Shown piece by piece: positions 37,425 to 48,527 of a DNA stretch of 64,000 nt (position 1 is the stretch's first letter; every line of letters starts with the position of its first letter). Origin of the DNA: an uncultured Planctomycetia bacterium (GTDB taxonomy: Bacteria; Omnitrophota; Gorgyraeia; 2-02-FULL-51-18); contig CAYZGM010000001.1 of assembly GCA_964478015.1 (NCBI GenBank), positions 2,981-66,980 on the forward strand, in the 5' to 3' direction. The translations under genes and the position numbers were made by a program. The notes below the pieces were generated by a model. It had not been told where the DNA came from and did no database searches. It worked only from the letters and a program-made list of their open reading frames with translations.

Positions 37425-38537
37425 TTAATTCAATGCAAGGCGGAGGATTTTTTCGGCAGAATTCAGACAACGAATCTTTTCTATCGCCTCGGAGGCTTCG
37501 CGGTAAAGCCGGGTGTCTTTCCGAAAGGCGGTGACCTGCTCCACGACCTCGTTCAGAGATCGGGCCCTTTTAGCCGCGCCGCAGGCCACGACCTGGTCCA
37601 CATTACGTGTTTCCTGCCCGGGCACGGCGCCAAAGAGCACCATGGGTTTCCCAACACAGAGGCTTTCGGTGATCGTGAGGCCGCCGCCTTTGCCCACAAT
37701 AAGGTCGGAGGCAGCCATCAGCTCGTGGATATTGTCAACAAAGCCGTAGAAATGCAGCCAAGGTCTGCCCGCGTATTTGCCGCGGAGCTGGTTTAAAAGA
37801 GTGCCATTTGTTCCGCAAACCACCAGTTGCTGCATCGGCGGTTCCAAAATAGAGAGGCGATCCACCAGCGCGCCCGCAATTCCCACCCCCGCGCCCCCGC
37901 TTGTCACAAGCACCGTGAAAGCCGACGGGTCGAGCCCAAGGCTTCGAGAGGCTTGATCGCGCGTCAACCCGCTTGAAAATTTCGGTTCGATCGGGATGCC
38001 GGTTATGCTGATTTTTTCCTCCGGAACCCCGCGTCGGACCATCGCTTCCTTTGTCAGCTGTGTCGCCACCGCGTAGGAATCAGTTTGGCCGGTGATCCAG
38101 AAAGAATGCGGCATGTAGTCGGTGACCACGGTGATAAGCCGGCATTTCACCCGGCCTGTTTTTTTTAGGTTGCTCACGACCTCGGTCGCCAAAAAATGCG
38201 TGGCGATGACTACGTCCGGCGCTTCAGACTCGACGAATGTTTCCAAGTTTTTCGCAAAAAATTGATTGTTCACACGCCTCAGCGGCCGGATAAAAAAATA
38301 GGCCCAACCCCAATCCGTGACGGCATATAAAAACCCCCATAGCCACGGGATTTGGCGGATCATGAAAAAATAGACCGCCCGGTAGCCGTCGCCGAAACAA
38401 CCGGAAGTCATCTTTAACATGTCGACAAGGCCGACCTCGGAGACACCGGCTTTGTGACACTCGGCCTCCATGGCCTTGGCCGCTTTTTCGTGGCCGTGTC
38501 CCGCACTGGCATAGAGGATCAGGATTTTAGAAGCCAT
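37425..38537 (-). CDS. MGDG-synthase/UgtP-like GT28 glycosyltransferase
   Basis: ASAGHGH, VVTDY, KGGGLTITE, PGQETRN. Confidence 0.9.
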   Translation of the reverse strand: MASKILILYASAGHGHEKAAKAMEAECHKAGVSEVGLVDMLKMTSGCFGDGYRAVYFFMIRQIPWLWGFLYAVTDWGWAYFFIRPLRRVNNQFFAKNLETFVESEAPDVVIATHFLATEVVSNLKKTGRVKCRLITVVTDYMPHSFWITGQTDSYAVATQLTKEAMVRRGVPEEKISITGIPIEPKFSSGLTRDQASRSLGLDPSAFTVLVTSGGAGVGIAGALVDRLSILEPPMQQLVVCGTNGTLLNQLRGKYAGRPWLHFYGFVDNIHELMAASDLIVGKGGGLTITESLCVGKPMVLFGAVPGQETRNVDQVVACGAAKRARSLNEVVEQVTAFRKDTRLYREASEAIEKIRCLNSAEKILRLALN

Positions 38538-39061
38538 TCAGCCGCCTCCTTGAGATCTTTTTTGATGACATCGGGCTTTATCCTCAGGGCAGCAACATCC
38601 TTTTTTTTTAGACGCCCCGAAAGAACAAGAACGGTGCGGCAGCCAAAATTTTTTCCCGCCAGAATATCCTCCTCCGAGTCCCCGATAAAATAGAGTTTCG
38701 AACGGTCGGGACGCCGACCCCGCATCGCTTTTTTAAGCAGGGCGGTTTTAGGTTTCTTGCATTCGCAGCAGTCCGTCGTTTGATGGGTGCAATAATAAAC
38801 TTTTCGGATTCGGCCGCCAACGCGGCGAATCCTTTGAAGCATTTGCCGGGTCATTTGGTTCAGAGTTTTTTTTGTAAGAAGCCCGCGAGAAACGCAGCCC
38901 TGGTTCGAAATCACGACAAGCTCATAACCGGCCCGGGTCAGTTTTTTTATGGCCCCCAGAGCCCGGGGAAAGATTTTGAAATCGGCGAGGCTTGTCACGT
39001 ATCGCCCTTTTCCGGGAAATCGATTGATAACCCCGTCCCGGTCAAGAAATGCGAAGCGCAT
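38519..39061 (-). CDS. gmhB: D,D-heptose 1,7-bisphosphate phosphatase (HAD IIIA)
   Basis: FLDRDGVIN, SNQ, CTH..CECKKP, IGDS..D. Confidence 0.88.
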   Translation of the reverse strand: MRFAFLDRDGVINRFPGKGRYVTSLADFKIFPRALGAIKKLTRAGYELVVISNQGCVSRGLLTKKTLNQMTRQMLQRIRRVGGRIRKVYYCTHQTTDCCECKKPKTALLKKAMRGRRPDRSKLYFIGDSEEDILAGKNFGCRTVLVLSGRLKKKDVAALRIKPDVIKKDLKEAAEWLLKS

Positions 39062-40073
39062 GGGACTCCAGAACTTCTTTTGCGTTTCGGGCCAACAGGT
39101 CCATGTCGAGCTCTTGCATGCACTGTTCATCAATGGGGCAATCCCGCTTATAACACGGCGAGCAAACGATGGTTGAGACAATTTTACGGCCGCGGCCGTA
39201 CAGTTCAATTTCGGCCGCACAGGTGGACGCAAAATACGCGACGACCGGAACTTTCCCGGCAATCGCCACATGCATCGCGGTGGTATCTCCGGTGATCACC
39301 AGATCGCAGGCATTCACGATCCCCGAAAAAATCTCAATGGGGTGGCTCCCCGTATCGACAACGGGAACGGCGGAGTTTTTGGCAATCCACCGGTTTCTCT
39401 CGACCTCATCTTCGCCGCCCAGCAAAAATACAACGGCTCCAAGATCCTCATGCAATTTTTTGGCCAGACTTACGAGGTGTTCCCTTGGGAGTTTTTTTCC
39501 GGCAAACCGGTTGCCGCTGCCCGTGTTGATGCCAATCACCCTTGTTTTTTTACTTCCGGGATCAAAACCCCTTTCCCGGAGAGCGCCTTCCGCTTTAGCC
39601 AGACTGGCGGTGTCCGGAAAAAAACTATACTCCTCCTTTTGGAACCGGAGGCCGACCTGCTCAAAACTGATTTCCTGGTAGGTTTTTTTGTTTATCCGGA
39701 ATTTCAAATCATCGTCTACGCCGAGCCGGTAAGCATATTCGCTGAGCGCATTCACGGGGCAGACTTTCCCGTCGCGCGTTCTGCCGAAGCCCATTTTTAA
39801 CGAGGCTTTTGTATTCTCGAGCGCCTCCAGGGCTTCGGGCTCCTTGTCCAGGTTGATCACAACATCGTAGCGTAATTTATTCCAATCCTGGTTCCCGGGC
39901 GCGAGAGACTCCAGGCGGTTGATTCGCGGGTTGCGTTCCAGCACGGCGCGATTCCGCGGATCCACCAGCCATGTGATGTGGCACTGGGGGTGCGTCTTTC
40001 GCAAGCCCTCCAAAAGCGGCGTGGTTCGCAAGACATCTCCCAGGGCGCCCAGTTTTACGAGGAGGATTTTCAT
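39042..40073 (-). CDS. GT9 (heptosyltransferase-family) glycosyltransferase
   Basis: LGALGDVL, GDTTAMH, CSPCYKRDC. Confidence 0.9.
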   Translation of the reverse strand: MKILLVKLGALGDVLRTTPLLEGLRKTHPQCHITWLVDPRNRAVLERNPRINRLESLAPGNQDWNKLRYDVVINLDKEPEALEALENTKASLKMGFGRTRDGKVCPVNALSEYAYRLGVDDDLKFRINKKTYQEISFEQVGLRFQKEEYSFFPDTASLAKAEGALRERGFDPGSKKTRVIGINTGSGNRFAGKKLPREHLVSLAKKLHEDLGAVVFLLGGEDEVERNRWIAKNSAVPVVDTGSHPIEIFSGIVNACDLVITGDTTAMHVAIAGKVPVVAYFASTCAAEIELYGRGRKIVSTIVCSPCYKRDCPIDEQCMQELDMDLLARNAKEVLESHALRIS

Positions 40074-40912
40074 TTTGCGGTCCCCTGCTTGGCATCCACG
40101 ACCTCCCAGTACTTAGCCCAATTGATGAAATGCACCCAGGCAAAAAGCACCGAAAATATAAAACCATGCATGCCGTCCAAAAAACCTTTTTTCCGGATAT
40201 AAAATTTTACAAATCGCTTGAGCGGCTTTGTTTTTAGTTCGAACAGGAGTTGATTGGGCGGCAAAAAACCGCATTCCTCGTATTTTGCCCTGGCTTCTCG
40301 CGAAGAATAACCGTTATGGCGGCAGACAAATTGGCTCAGGGATGCGAATGGCCTGTGCTCCACGGGCGCTTCCAGCCGGCCGATGGGACCGTCCACGAGA
40401 AGGGATTCGTGGATCACCCCGTCGTACCTGGCAAGTTTTCGCCGAAAAAGATGCAGGCTGTAATGGTACCAGCCGCCATGCTTCATCCATTTTCCAAGAA
40501 AAAAATTCTTCTTTCTGAATTCAAAGGCCGCAAACGATGTGCCGCGTTCGAGTATTTTTAACACGGCATCCCGGAAAGCGGGCGTCGACTTTTCGTCGGG
40601 ATCAACGTGAAAGCACCAGTCCGAGGCGGCTTTTTCAATTCCCAAATTCCGTTCCGTGCAAAACCGGTAGCCGTCCCACCGGTTTTGAAAGACTTTGTCG
40701 GTGTACCTCCGACAAATTTCAACGGTGCGATCCGAGCTGAACCCGTCAATCACGACGATTTCATCGACCCACGGCGCAACGCTCTGAAGTGTGCCCTCGA
40801 TGAGATCTTCGCAGTTCTTCGTCATGATCACCGCGGAGATGCTTTCGCGGGATTTTTTAGACGGTTCTGGATTTGGCGCCTGAATCTCTTTTGAGTTCCC
40901 AGTACTTTGCAT
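40070..40912 (-). CDS. GT2 glycosyltransferase (WaaE-like)
   Basis: DGFSSDRT, VDPDE, VIHE, GFLDG. Confidence 0.9.
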   Translation of the reverse strand: MQSTGNSKEIQAPNPEPSKKSRESISAVIMTKNCEDLIEGTLQSVAPWVDEIVVIDGFSSDRTVEICRRYTDKVFQNRWDGYRFCTERNLGIEKAASDWCFHVDPDEKSTPAFRDAVLKILERGTSFAAFEFRKKNFFLGKWMKHGGWYHYSLHLFRRKLARYDGVIHESLLVDGPIGRLEAPVEHRPFASLSQFVCRHNGYSSREARAKYEECGFLPPNQLLFELKTKPLKRFVKFYIRKKGFLDGMHGFIFSVLFAWVHFINWAKYWEVVDAKQGTAK

Positions 40913-41639
40913 AGGTTAGAAATTGGTACATGCCTGAGTTGACGGCCAAAAAAAGGCCGATGACGCCGTCCTTGTGCCCCTGCTTTGAGACGTAGGCTTT
41001 CCAAAACCGGTCAACCATCTTACGCAGAATTGAAAAAACGCCAACCTTGCGGTTCTCCCGAAACCATTTTTTGGCTTCCAGGTCCGTTTGCCTGTCGAGC
41101 TTCGCGATCGCATCCGTAAAATCACGGTAGGTGTAATGCAGAATATCGTTCTTCAGCATGCCTCGCGGATCTTGCATGTAGGCCTGGGGATGCACCTCCG
41201 CCAGTTCGTCGTACCGAAAAGCATCCTTGCGGAAAAGCCGGAGCTGCGCCGAGGGGTACATGCCTCCGTAGCGCACCCACACCCGACCCATAAAATTGCG
41301 TCTGGGGATCGCGTACCCATTGCAGGACGGGTTGTTCTTCAGAGTTTCGATAATTTCTTGCTTCAGTTCAGGCGTGACGCGCTCATCCGCATCGAGACTC
41401 AAGATCCAGCTATTTTTTGCCATCTGGTAAGCAACGTTTCGGTGTTTGCCCTCCACGTCCATTTTTCGAACATGCACGGAAGCACCCAGCGAGCGCGCGA
41501 GCGCCACAGTGTTATCGGTCGACTCATCGTCCAGCACAATGACTTCATCCGCCCAATCCACGCTTTTTAAGCAATCGGAAATGCGCGAAGCCTCGTTTTT
41601 GGTGATCACCACCACGGAAAGCGCGATTTTTTGATCCAT
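40857..41639 (-). CDS. GT2 glycosyltransferase (WaaE-like)
   Basis: ITKNEA, STDNT, LDADE. Confidence 0.9.
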   Translation of the reverse strand: MDQKIALSVVVITKNEASRISDCLKSVDWADEVIVLDDESTDNTVALARSLGASVHVRKMDVEGKHRNVAYQMAKNSWILSLDADERVTPELKQEIIETLKNNPSCNGYAIPRRNFMGRVWVRYGGMYPSAQLRLFRKDAFRYDELAEVHPQAYMQDPRGMLKNDILHYTYRDFTDAIAKLDRQTDLEAKKWFRENRKVGVFSILRKMVDRFWKAYVSKQGHKDGVIGLFLAVNSGMYQFLTYAKYWELKRDSGAKSRTV

Positions 41640-41650
41640 AACGCTTTATC

Positions 41651-42733
41651 TTATGAGATTTTAGCGATGGCAGCCAGAACTTTCTGCACACTTAACTGTT
41701 CCAGGCACCGGCGCTCATGCGGGCACGGGGGAAAATGGAACCGAGAGTAGCACGGCCTGCAGGCCACGGGCTCGCATACGACCTCCACATCCGCGTAGGC
41801 ACCATACGGGCCGTATACTTTTTCGTCCACCGGCCCGAAGATGGGGACCGTCTTCACCCCCAGCGCATGCGCCATATGGATCAAGCCACCGTCGTTGCCC
41901 AGCAGAAACTGCACGCGTTTTAAGAGCGCCGCCACCACTCCCAGGGATTGTCCGCACACCATTTTGTTTGGAACCGCGAGGTTCCTGCGAACAATTTCAA
42001 GGAGCTCTCTTTCGCTTTCGTCCCCGATTAAAAGAACGGCCGCTTTTGATTCAACGCACCAGGTGTTTGCCGCCTCGGCAAATTTCTCCGGATTCCACTG
42101 TTTATAAATTGCGTTTACTCCCCAGCTCTTTCCCCCGCCCGGAGCCATGGCCATGAACGAGCCGGCGTCTTCGAGGGCCTCATGCTGAAAAAAAAGAGAG
42201 GCTCTTTTCTCCAGCTCCGGAGAAATGCTTAGCAGTGGTCCGGTCCCGGCGGCCGGAGGCCGGATCCCGAGAGACTGCAGAATCTCCAGCTGAGATTCCG
42301 CGACGGACTTTTTTTCGTAGCCCTCGAACGGTGTTTTTTCGTTCAAAAAAAATCCCCGGCCACGGTAATCAAAGCCTATCCGGCGATGGATTCCGGCGCA
42401 AAAGCCTAAAAAACTGAATTCACGACCCAGGGAGTAGTCGACCATCACGTCATACTTCTTTTCGGCGATGGATCGGATGAGCCGGCGGTATTCCCGCAAG
42501 AAGAGAACAGGGTTGCTTGTGCGTATCTTGCGAAACCGATCGCGGTCAAGTTCATGGACGGTCGTCACGCCGGGGTACAGGGTAATTAATTCTTTCACAC
42601 GCTCATTGCAGAGAAGCCCTATCTCGACCCGGGGAAGACTCTTTCTCGCCGCTTCCACGGCAGCCAGAGAAAAAAGGACATCCCCTATCCCAAAAGGATT
42701 CGCAAATAGGATCCTCTTTGCTCCGATGGTCAT
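41651..42733 (-). CDS. GT9 glycosyltransferase
   Basis: GIGDVL, NDGGLIHMA, FGP, CRPC. Confidence 0.9.
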   Translation of the reverse strand: MTIGAKRILFANPFGIGDVLFSLAAVEAARKSLPRVEIGLLCNERVKELITLYPGVTTVHELDRDRFRKIRTSNPVLFLREYRRLIRSIAEKKYDVMVDYSLGREFSFLGFCAGIHRRIGFDYRGRGFFLNEKTPFEGYEKKSVAESQLEILQSLGIRPPAAGTGPLLSISPELEKRASLFFQHEALEDAGSFMAMAPGGGKSWGVNAIYKQWNPEKFAEAANTWCVESKAAVLLIGDESERELLEIVRRNLAVPNKMVCGQSLGVVAALLKRVQFLLGNDGGLIHMAHALGVKTVPIFGPVDEKVYGPYGAYADVEVVCEPVACRPCYSRFHFPPCPHERRCLEQLSVQKVLAAIAKIS

Positions 42734-43710
42734 AGAACCCCGCACAGCGCGGCATAAACCTCATCCGCGGTGATGTCCTGAATATTCTTGTGAATGGCGA
42801 TGCTGCCCGGGCTGCGCGGTCCCCACCGAAGAGGATCGGATCCTCGGATATTTTTTGCAAACAGGGCTACGACGGGTTTTCCTTGTATCCAAGCCACATG
42901 CACGGGACCGCTGTCACAGGAGACAAGTGTTTTGACGCGGCTCAGCCCAAGGAATGCCGCAAGCTCTTTTAAACTTAAAACGCCTGTCCAGTCCGTGACA
43001 GGCTCTTCGCATCGACGGACGACCTCTCGTGAAATCGCCGTCTCTTCGGAACCGCCTATTAAAACGGGGGCGTAGCGGCCTCCCCGCGCCAGTCTTTGGC
43101 AAATCTCCAAAAACTTTTCGCCATCCCAACGCTTTGCGGGGTTGCTGGTCCCGGGGTGAATGGCCACAACCATTTTATCCTTGGGTATTTCCTTGGCCAG
43201 GCGCGAGTCTATCCGCCGGACCGTTTCCTCATCCGCGAGCGGCCCCCAAGAGCCGTCCCACTTTTTTGATGAAACAAGACCGGCCAGACGAAGGTTGGAG
43301 TCGATCTCATGCTGCAGCTGGGCCGCCTTGTTATCCGGCAAAGAACGGTTCAGCAAAAAACCCCATTTTCGTCGCCACCCTACGCGGAGCCGGATCCCGG
43401 CGCTGAAAAGCATCCAGTGAAAAAACTTATGCGGGTTGGATGCGATCGCCAGGTCAAACTTTGCGCTCCGGATCTGACGCAGAAGCCCCCGCCGATAGGC
43501 GGCGCTTCTCTCCAGCTCGGCTCCATCAATCTCCAAGACCTCATCGATGTCCGGGTGGCCTTTTAAAATTCCGGCCACGGAGCGGTCAACCATCCATGTT
43601 AGCCAGCATTTTGGGTAGGTTTGTCTCAAGAGGTGGACGGCGGGCAAATTCATCAACACATCACCCAAACGATCCGTTCGGATGAAAAGGATCCTGCGAA
43701 TTTTTATCAT
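42730..43710 (-). CDS. GT9 glycosyltransferase
   Basis: RTDRLGDVL, HPG, DSGPVH, WGP. Confidence 0.9.
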   Translation of the reverse strand: MIKIRRILFIRTDRLGDVLMNLPAVHLLRQTYPKCWLTWMVDRSVAGILKGHPDIDEVLEIDGAELERSAAYRRGLLRQIRSAKFDLAIASNPHKFFHWMLFSAGIRLRVGWRRKWGFLLNRSLPDNKAAQLQHEIDSNLRLAGLVSSKKWDGSWGPLADEETVRRIDSRLAKEIPKDKMVVAIHPGTSNPAKRWDGEKFLEICQRLARGGRYAPVLIGGSEETAISREVVRRCEEPVTDWTGVLSLKELAAFLGLSRVKTLVSCDSGPVHVAWIQGKPVVALFAKNIRGSDPLRWGPRSPGSIAIHKNIQDITADEVYAALCGVL

Positions 43711-43749
43711 CGACCGGCTCCGGGCCGCCGCCGTAGACCATCGGTCCGG

Positions 43750-45159
43750 TCAATAGGCATTGCGTCGGGCAAAAAAAGTCATGAAAAGAATCTTGATATC
43801 CAACAGCAGAGACCAGTTCTCGATGTAGTAAAGATCGTACTTGGTCCTTTCTTCGATGGACGTATTTCCGCGCAAGCCATTGACCTGCGCCCATCCGGAC
43901 ATGCCGGAACGTATGGAATGGCGCGCCATGTACCGAGGGATATCCTCCTTGAATTGACTCGCAAAAAATGGGCGCTCGGGTCTGGGTCCCACCAGGCTCA
44001 TGTCCCCTTTCAAGACATTCCACAGTTGCGGTAATTCATCGAGGTTGTTCCTCCTCAAAAAACCGCCAATCTCGGTGCGGCGGTCATCGTTTTCACGGGC
44101 CCATACAGGGCCGGTCTTGGCTTCGGCGTCCACGCGCATCGTCCTAAACTTGTACAGCATAAAATGACGGCCATCCTGTCCTACGCGCTCCTGCTTGAAA
44201 AAAACAGGACCTGGGGAACTGCGGCGTATACCGTACGCAATCGGAATGAACACCGGCAAAAAAAGCAGGAGCCCGCCTGCCGAAAAAAGAATGTCCATGA
44301 ATCGTTTCAAGACCCGATTTTCCCACTCCGCCAAAGGGGAATCCATAAAAGACAGTATCGAGATGCCGCCGAGGTAGGAAATATTCATTTTGGATGCGAT
44401 CAGACCAAAAATGTCCGCGATCCAGCGGAAAGCCACCATTTCTTTTTCACATTCATACAGGATCTTGAGGACCGCATCTCCCTGGATTGCGGGGTCCGAC
44501 AGGATGACCTCGTGCACCTGGTGCTCCTTTTTGAGCAGCTCAGGGAGATCACCCACCCTCCCAAGAACGGGGACCCCGCAGACCTGCTCCCCAGTCGTTT
44601 TCCGATCATCTAAAATACCGGCCACTTTCGTCGCCAGACGGAGATTTTTTCGGTAGACCTGGATCAATTTTTCAGCGTTTGCGTCAGACCCGATGAGGAG
44701 AACATTCCGGAAGCTTCCGCGTGAGCGGTCCAGACCCATCAAAAGAAGCCCCAGGAGAAAGCGAGCCAGGGATATTCCGGGCCCCAAGACGAGACCCGAC
44801 ATCACCAGGAATGTGCGGGAAAAACTGAATTGTCTTACAAAAAATGTGATGGCCATCAAGACAAGCGTTCCCGCCAGAACCGATTTCATGACACGCCATG
44901 TTTCGTCCGCGAATGTAAGACGGGCGATGGGCCGATAGAGCCCGTAAAAACGTAAAAAAAAGATCATGATGATGACGATAAGATGGAAAGCCTTGAAGTA
45001 AACGGCGTGGTCTTCTCGCGCCAAAAGAGTCTGGAATAGTCCGCTTTGGAAACGGAACCAAAAGAGCGTCCAAAGCAAAAAATAGACTACCCCGGCGTCC
45101 AGCATAAGCTGGATCCAGGGGAGAAATGTTTCTCGCTGTCTTCGTCTGGGCTGAATCAT
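43750..45159 (-). CDS. wcaJ: Undecaprenyl-phosphate sugar phosphotransferase
   Basis: 4 N-terminal [36 protein letters not shown]. Confidence 0.92.
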   Translation of the reverse strand: MIQPRRRQRETFLPWIQLMLDAGVVYFLLWTLFWFRFQSGLFQTLLAREDHAVYFKAFHLIVIIMIFFLRFYGLYRPIARLTFADETWRVMKSVLAGTLVLMAITFFVRQFSFSRTFLVMSGLVLGPGISLARFLLGLLLMGLDRSRGSFRNVLLIGSDANAEKLIQVYRKNLRLATKVAGILDDRKTTGEQVCGVPVLGRVGDLPELLKKEHQVHEVILSDPAIQGDAVLKILYECEKEMVAFRWIADIFGLIASKMNISYLGGISILSFMDSPLAEWENRVLKRFMDILFSAGGLLLFLPVFIPIAYGIRRSSPGPVFFKQERVGQDGRHFMLYKFRTMRVDAEAKTGPVWARENDDRRTEIGGFLRRNNLDELPQLWNVLKGDMSLVGPRPERPFFASQFKEDIPRYMARHSIRSGMSGWAQVNGLRGNTSIEERTKYDLYYIENWSLLLDIKILFMTFFARRNAY

Positions 45160-45165
45160 GCGATG

Positions 45166-46272
45166 TTAGGTTGCCCCCATCCGTTTTCTTTGAAGCATGC
45201 TCCTCATTTCCATTATAAAACGTTCATCTGAAAACCGGAGCGCGTTTTTTCTGGGCGATTCAGGGTTCCACGATGCGGATTCAAACCGCCGCACCGCTTC
45301 CATGAGGCTCTCCACGTTTAAGTCGGAGAAAAAAAGACCCGTTTCTCCCGCCAAAACCGTTTCCAAAGTGCCGCCCTTTCCGTAGCCGATCACGCATCCC
45401 CCGCAGGCCTGCATTTCTACCGGAACAATGCCGAAGTCTTCCTCGCCCGGAAAGAGGAGCCCTCGGCAGCGCCGGTAATGGTCGCGAAGCACCTCGTCGG
45501 CCTGCCAACCCAAAAACCGGGTTCCCTCCCCCGCCATTTTTTCCAAAGAACGCCTCTGAGGGCCGTCTCCGATAATGACCAGGGTTTTTTTCATTTTTTT
45601 CGCAGCCAGCACGGCCAAGTCTATTTTTTTGTATGGGACAAGCGCCGAAACAACGAGATAAAATTCTTCCCGGGCCAAACGATGATCCGGCGTGTAATAA
45701 CCGGTATTTACCGGCGGGTAGATAACGTCCGAATCGCGTCCGTAGCACGATTGGATTCTCTTGCGAATGTGCTGGGATATCGCCACGAAATGATCAACGC
45801 CCGCGGCCGAGGCGTGATCCCATTTTCTAAGTCGCTTCAAGAAGAGGCGGATCAGTGTCTTAGAAAAAAAGTTCATTTGCCCAAAGTAGTCATCAAAGAA
45901 TCCCCAGGCATACCGCATGGGTGTAAAGCAATAGCAAATATGGGTTGAATTTTTTCGTTTGCGAATCCCCTTGGAGACGCAATGACTGAAAGACAGAACC
46001 ACATCGCACGGAACCGCGCGAAGCGACCCTATTGCCGCGGGGAAAAGCGGCAGATAATGCCGGTACGCTCCCAGGATCCCCGGCGCTTTCTGAAGCCAGG
46101 AGGTGCGAATCGGGTGGCTCAGAATATTCTTGGATAGCTTTTTTTTATCGCAAAACAGAGTATAGATAGGGCTTTCCGGGTAGGCCTCGCAAAGAACTTC
46201 CAGGCACTTTTCCCCGCCGCGCATTCCGTTTAGCCAATCATGAGCGAAAACCATTCGGATGGATTCAGTCAT
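45166..46272 (-). CDS. GT4 glycosyltransferase
   Basis: HDWL..GGE, TPMRYAW, EDFGIVPVE. Confidence 0.92.
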   Translation of the reverse strand: MTESIRMVFAHDWLNGMRGGEKCLEVLCEAYPESPIYTLFCDKKKLSKNILSHPIRTSWLQKAPGILGAYRHYLPLFPAAIGSLRAVPCDVVLSFSHCVSKGIRKRKNSTHICYCFTPMRYAWGFFDDYFGQMNFFSKTLIRLFLKRLRKWDHASAAGVDHFVAISQHIRKRIQSCYGRDSDVIYPPVNTGYYTPDHRLAREEFYLVVSALVPYKKIDLAVLAAKKMKKTLVIIGDGPQRRSLEKMAGEGTRFLGWQADEVLRDHYRRCRGLLFPGEEDFGIVPVEMQACGGCVIGYGKGGTLETVLAGETGLFFSDLNVESLMEAVRRFESASWNPESPRKNALRFSDERFIMEMRSMLQRKRMGAT

Positions 46273-47375
46273 GGGCTCAGCACTTTTTCATAAAGGTTCA
46301 GGGTTTCTTGCGCGGCCTTTTCCCAGGAGAAATGGCTGGCTCTCTCCAACCCCTTGGAAGAAAGTTTTTGACGCAAGCGGCTATCTTGAAGCGTCTGGGT
46401 TAAAAGTTCTTCCAAATGATCCGCTCGCTCCGGATCAAACAGAAGCGCCGCGTCGCCGGCGACCTCCGGAAGACTGGACCTATCCGAGCAGAGCACCGGC
46501 GTTCCGCAGGACATGGCCTCAAGCACCGGCAAGCCAAAACCCTCCCATAGGGACGGCAATACGAGAGCCTCCGCCAAGTGGTACAACTCAAAAAGCGAGG
46601 TATCCCCCAAGTTCTCCAAACATCTCACGCGAGGCATGCTCTGAAGACGCCTCAAAAGTTTTTTTTCTTTGGGGTCTTTTTTTCCGGCTAGCACGAGCTC
46701 GTATTTCGCCCCGGATTTTTTTTGAATCCCTTCGAAGGCATCCAAGAGGACGGGTAAATTTTTATGCGCCTTGAAACTCCCGACGAAAAGAACAAACGGC
46801 GAAAAGAGCCCAAACCTCTCTCTGGCGGCTCTCAAGACCAGGGGGTTCGCGTGTTGGCGAAAGTTGGCTGAGGCAGATTCATGGATCACCGTAACTTTCC
46901 CCTCAAGTTTAGGAAAGGACTTGAGAAGATCTTTCCTGGTGAAATCAGAAACGGCGATGACGGCGTCCGCATTGGCCTGGATTCCGCGAAAAAGCGCCTG
47001 CGCATAGAGCTTTCCCGCAAAAAATCCGCTAAAACGCGCCTCTTTTAAATAAATAAGATCATGCACCGTGACAATCAATTTTGAAGAACAAAATAACGGT
47101 GCGTTGAAATGCGGCACATGCAAAAGATTCACGGTTTTTGAAAAATCAAAAAGTTCTTTCTGCTCTCTCGGGCTGTAAATGCTGGCCGAGGACTCTTTGA
47201 ACCCGGCGTTCGGGAAAAAATGTCTGATTTGGGCCCTGTCCCGGCCGGCGCCCAAGAATGAGTATCGATGGTCGTCGCCCAACGCGGACAGCGCCCCGAT
47301 CAATTCTCTCAGGTAACGTCCAATGCCGGAATGGTTCCACATCCGGACATCGATTCCAATGAGAGACCTATCCAT
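46269..47375 (-). CDS. GT4 glycosyltransferase (MtfB-like)
   Basis: GIGRY, TVHDL, EGFGLPVLEAM. Confidence 0.92.
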   Translation of the reverse strand: MDRSLIGIDVRMWNHSGIGRYLRELIGALSALGDDHRYSFLGAGRDRAQIRHFFPNAGFKESSASIYSPREQKELFDFSKTVNLLHVPHFNAPLFCSSKLIVTVHDLIYLKEARFSGFFAGKLYAQALFRGIQANADAVIAVSDFTRKDLLKSFPKLEGKVTVIHESASANFRQHANPLVLRAARERFGLFSPFVLFVGSFKAHKNLPVLLDAFEGIQKKSGAKYELVLAGKKDPKEKKLLRRLQSMPRVRCLENLGDTSLFELYHLAEALVLPSLWEGFGLPVLEAMSCGTPVLCSDRSSLPEVAGDAALLFDPERADHLEELLTQTLQDSRLRQKLSSKGLERASHFSWEKAAQETLNLYEKVLSP

Positions 47376-47378
47376 GGA

Positions 47379-48527
47379 TTAACAACGCGCCCTTAGCCAG
47401 GACCCCACGTCCTCCGCCCCGATCCCCGACATGCAGGGGTGCCCCTCTACGGGGCATTGGGTTCGATGGCAGGGAGAGCATGGCACCGCATGGCGCAAAA
47501 AATGCGCGCTTTCAGCCAAAGATTTCCACTGGTCAAAAGAATTGGTGCCGCTAAACAAGAAGAGCGTGGGAATGGCCTGAGAGGCCGCCACATGGGCCGG
47601 GCCTGAGTCGGGGCCGACGTAGGCTCTCAGGGACCTCATCAAATAAAAAAGTTCCCGCAGACTTGTTTTTCCCACAAGATTTAGACAATTCTTCCCGGGC
47701 AACTTGGATAAAATTTTCTCGAGATATTTTGCGCCATCGGTGTCGTCTCCCAAAAGCACAATTTTAAGGTTGGGTGCCCCGGCGGCGAGGGCCGCGAGAA
47801 GCTTTTCTAGGTTCTGCAGCGGCCATTTTTTTGCCGACGTTCCCGCGTCCACTTGAATGGCAACCCATTTATCTTCAAGAAAACATTTCTCTTTTAAACT
47901 CTGTCGATAGCCGGCTTCTTCCTCGTGGGTCCAATAGAGTTTTGTCTTCAGCGGTGCGGGCTGGATCCCCAAAGAATGGAGCAGGTCGAGCGCGTGACGT
48001 GACTCATGCGCATTCCAAGCGTACGGGACTCGATGCGTCAAAAAAAAGCCTCCTCCCGTAATCCCGTACCCAAGCCTGATTTTTGCCCTGATTCTCCACA
48101 AAAGGAAATTTTCCCGTATATCGCCCCTGGGCGCCAGCGCCAGATCGAACCGCTCGGCACGGAGCGATCTCAGGAGGTCTGAAAATTTTGGCTCCGAGGG
48201 GCTCTTCGCGCCGGAACGCTTATACCAGCCGGGGCTAAAGATCCAAACACGGTTTACGTAGGGGTTGTTTCTCAGGAGCGTCTCGCCGGCGGCATTGGTG
48301 AGAAAGTGGATCTCGGCGCCCGAAAAGTTTTCCTTTAGAACTTGGGGAAGTGCTGCGGCTTGTAGAACATCCCCGAGATGATCCAGCCTCACGATCAATA
48401 TTTTTTTTGGACTGATCTTCCGCAGGGGGACACCATGCCTGCCCGGCGATGAAACAAGAACATTTCCTATTCCATCCAGAATGCTCGCCAGCAGCGCATA
48501 CCCTTTTTTCCGAAACACGTATCTCAC
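47379..48527 (-). CDS. GT9 glycosyltransferase
   Basis: RLDHLGDVL, DSGPAH, CSPCHRTQC. Confidence 0.9.
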   Translation of the reverse strand: MRYVFRKKGYALLASILDGIGNVLVSSPGRHGVPLRKISPKKILIVRLDHLGDVLQAAALPQVLKENFSGAEIHFLTNAAGETLLRNNPYVNRVWIFSPGWYKRSGAKSPSEPKFSDLLRSLRAERFDLALAPRGDIRENFLLWRIRAKIRLGYGITGGGFFLTHRVPYAWNAHESRHALDLLHSLGIQPAPLKTKLYWTHEEEAGYRQSLKEKCFLEDKWVAIQVDAGTSAKKWPLQNLEKLLAALAAGAPNLKIVLLGDDTDGAKYLEKILSKLPGKNCLNLVGKTSLRELFYLMRSLRAYVGPDSGPAHVAASQAIPTLFLFSGTNSFDQWKSLAESAHFLRHAVPCSPCHRTQCPVEGHPCMSGIGAEDVGSWLRARC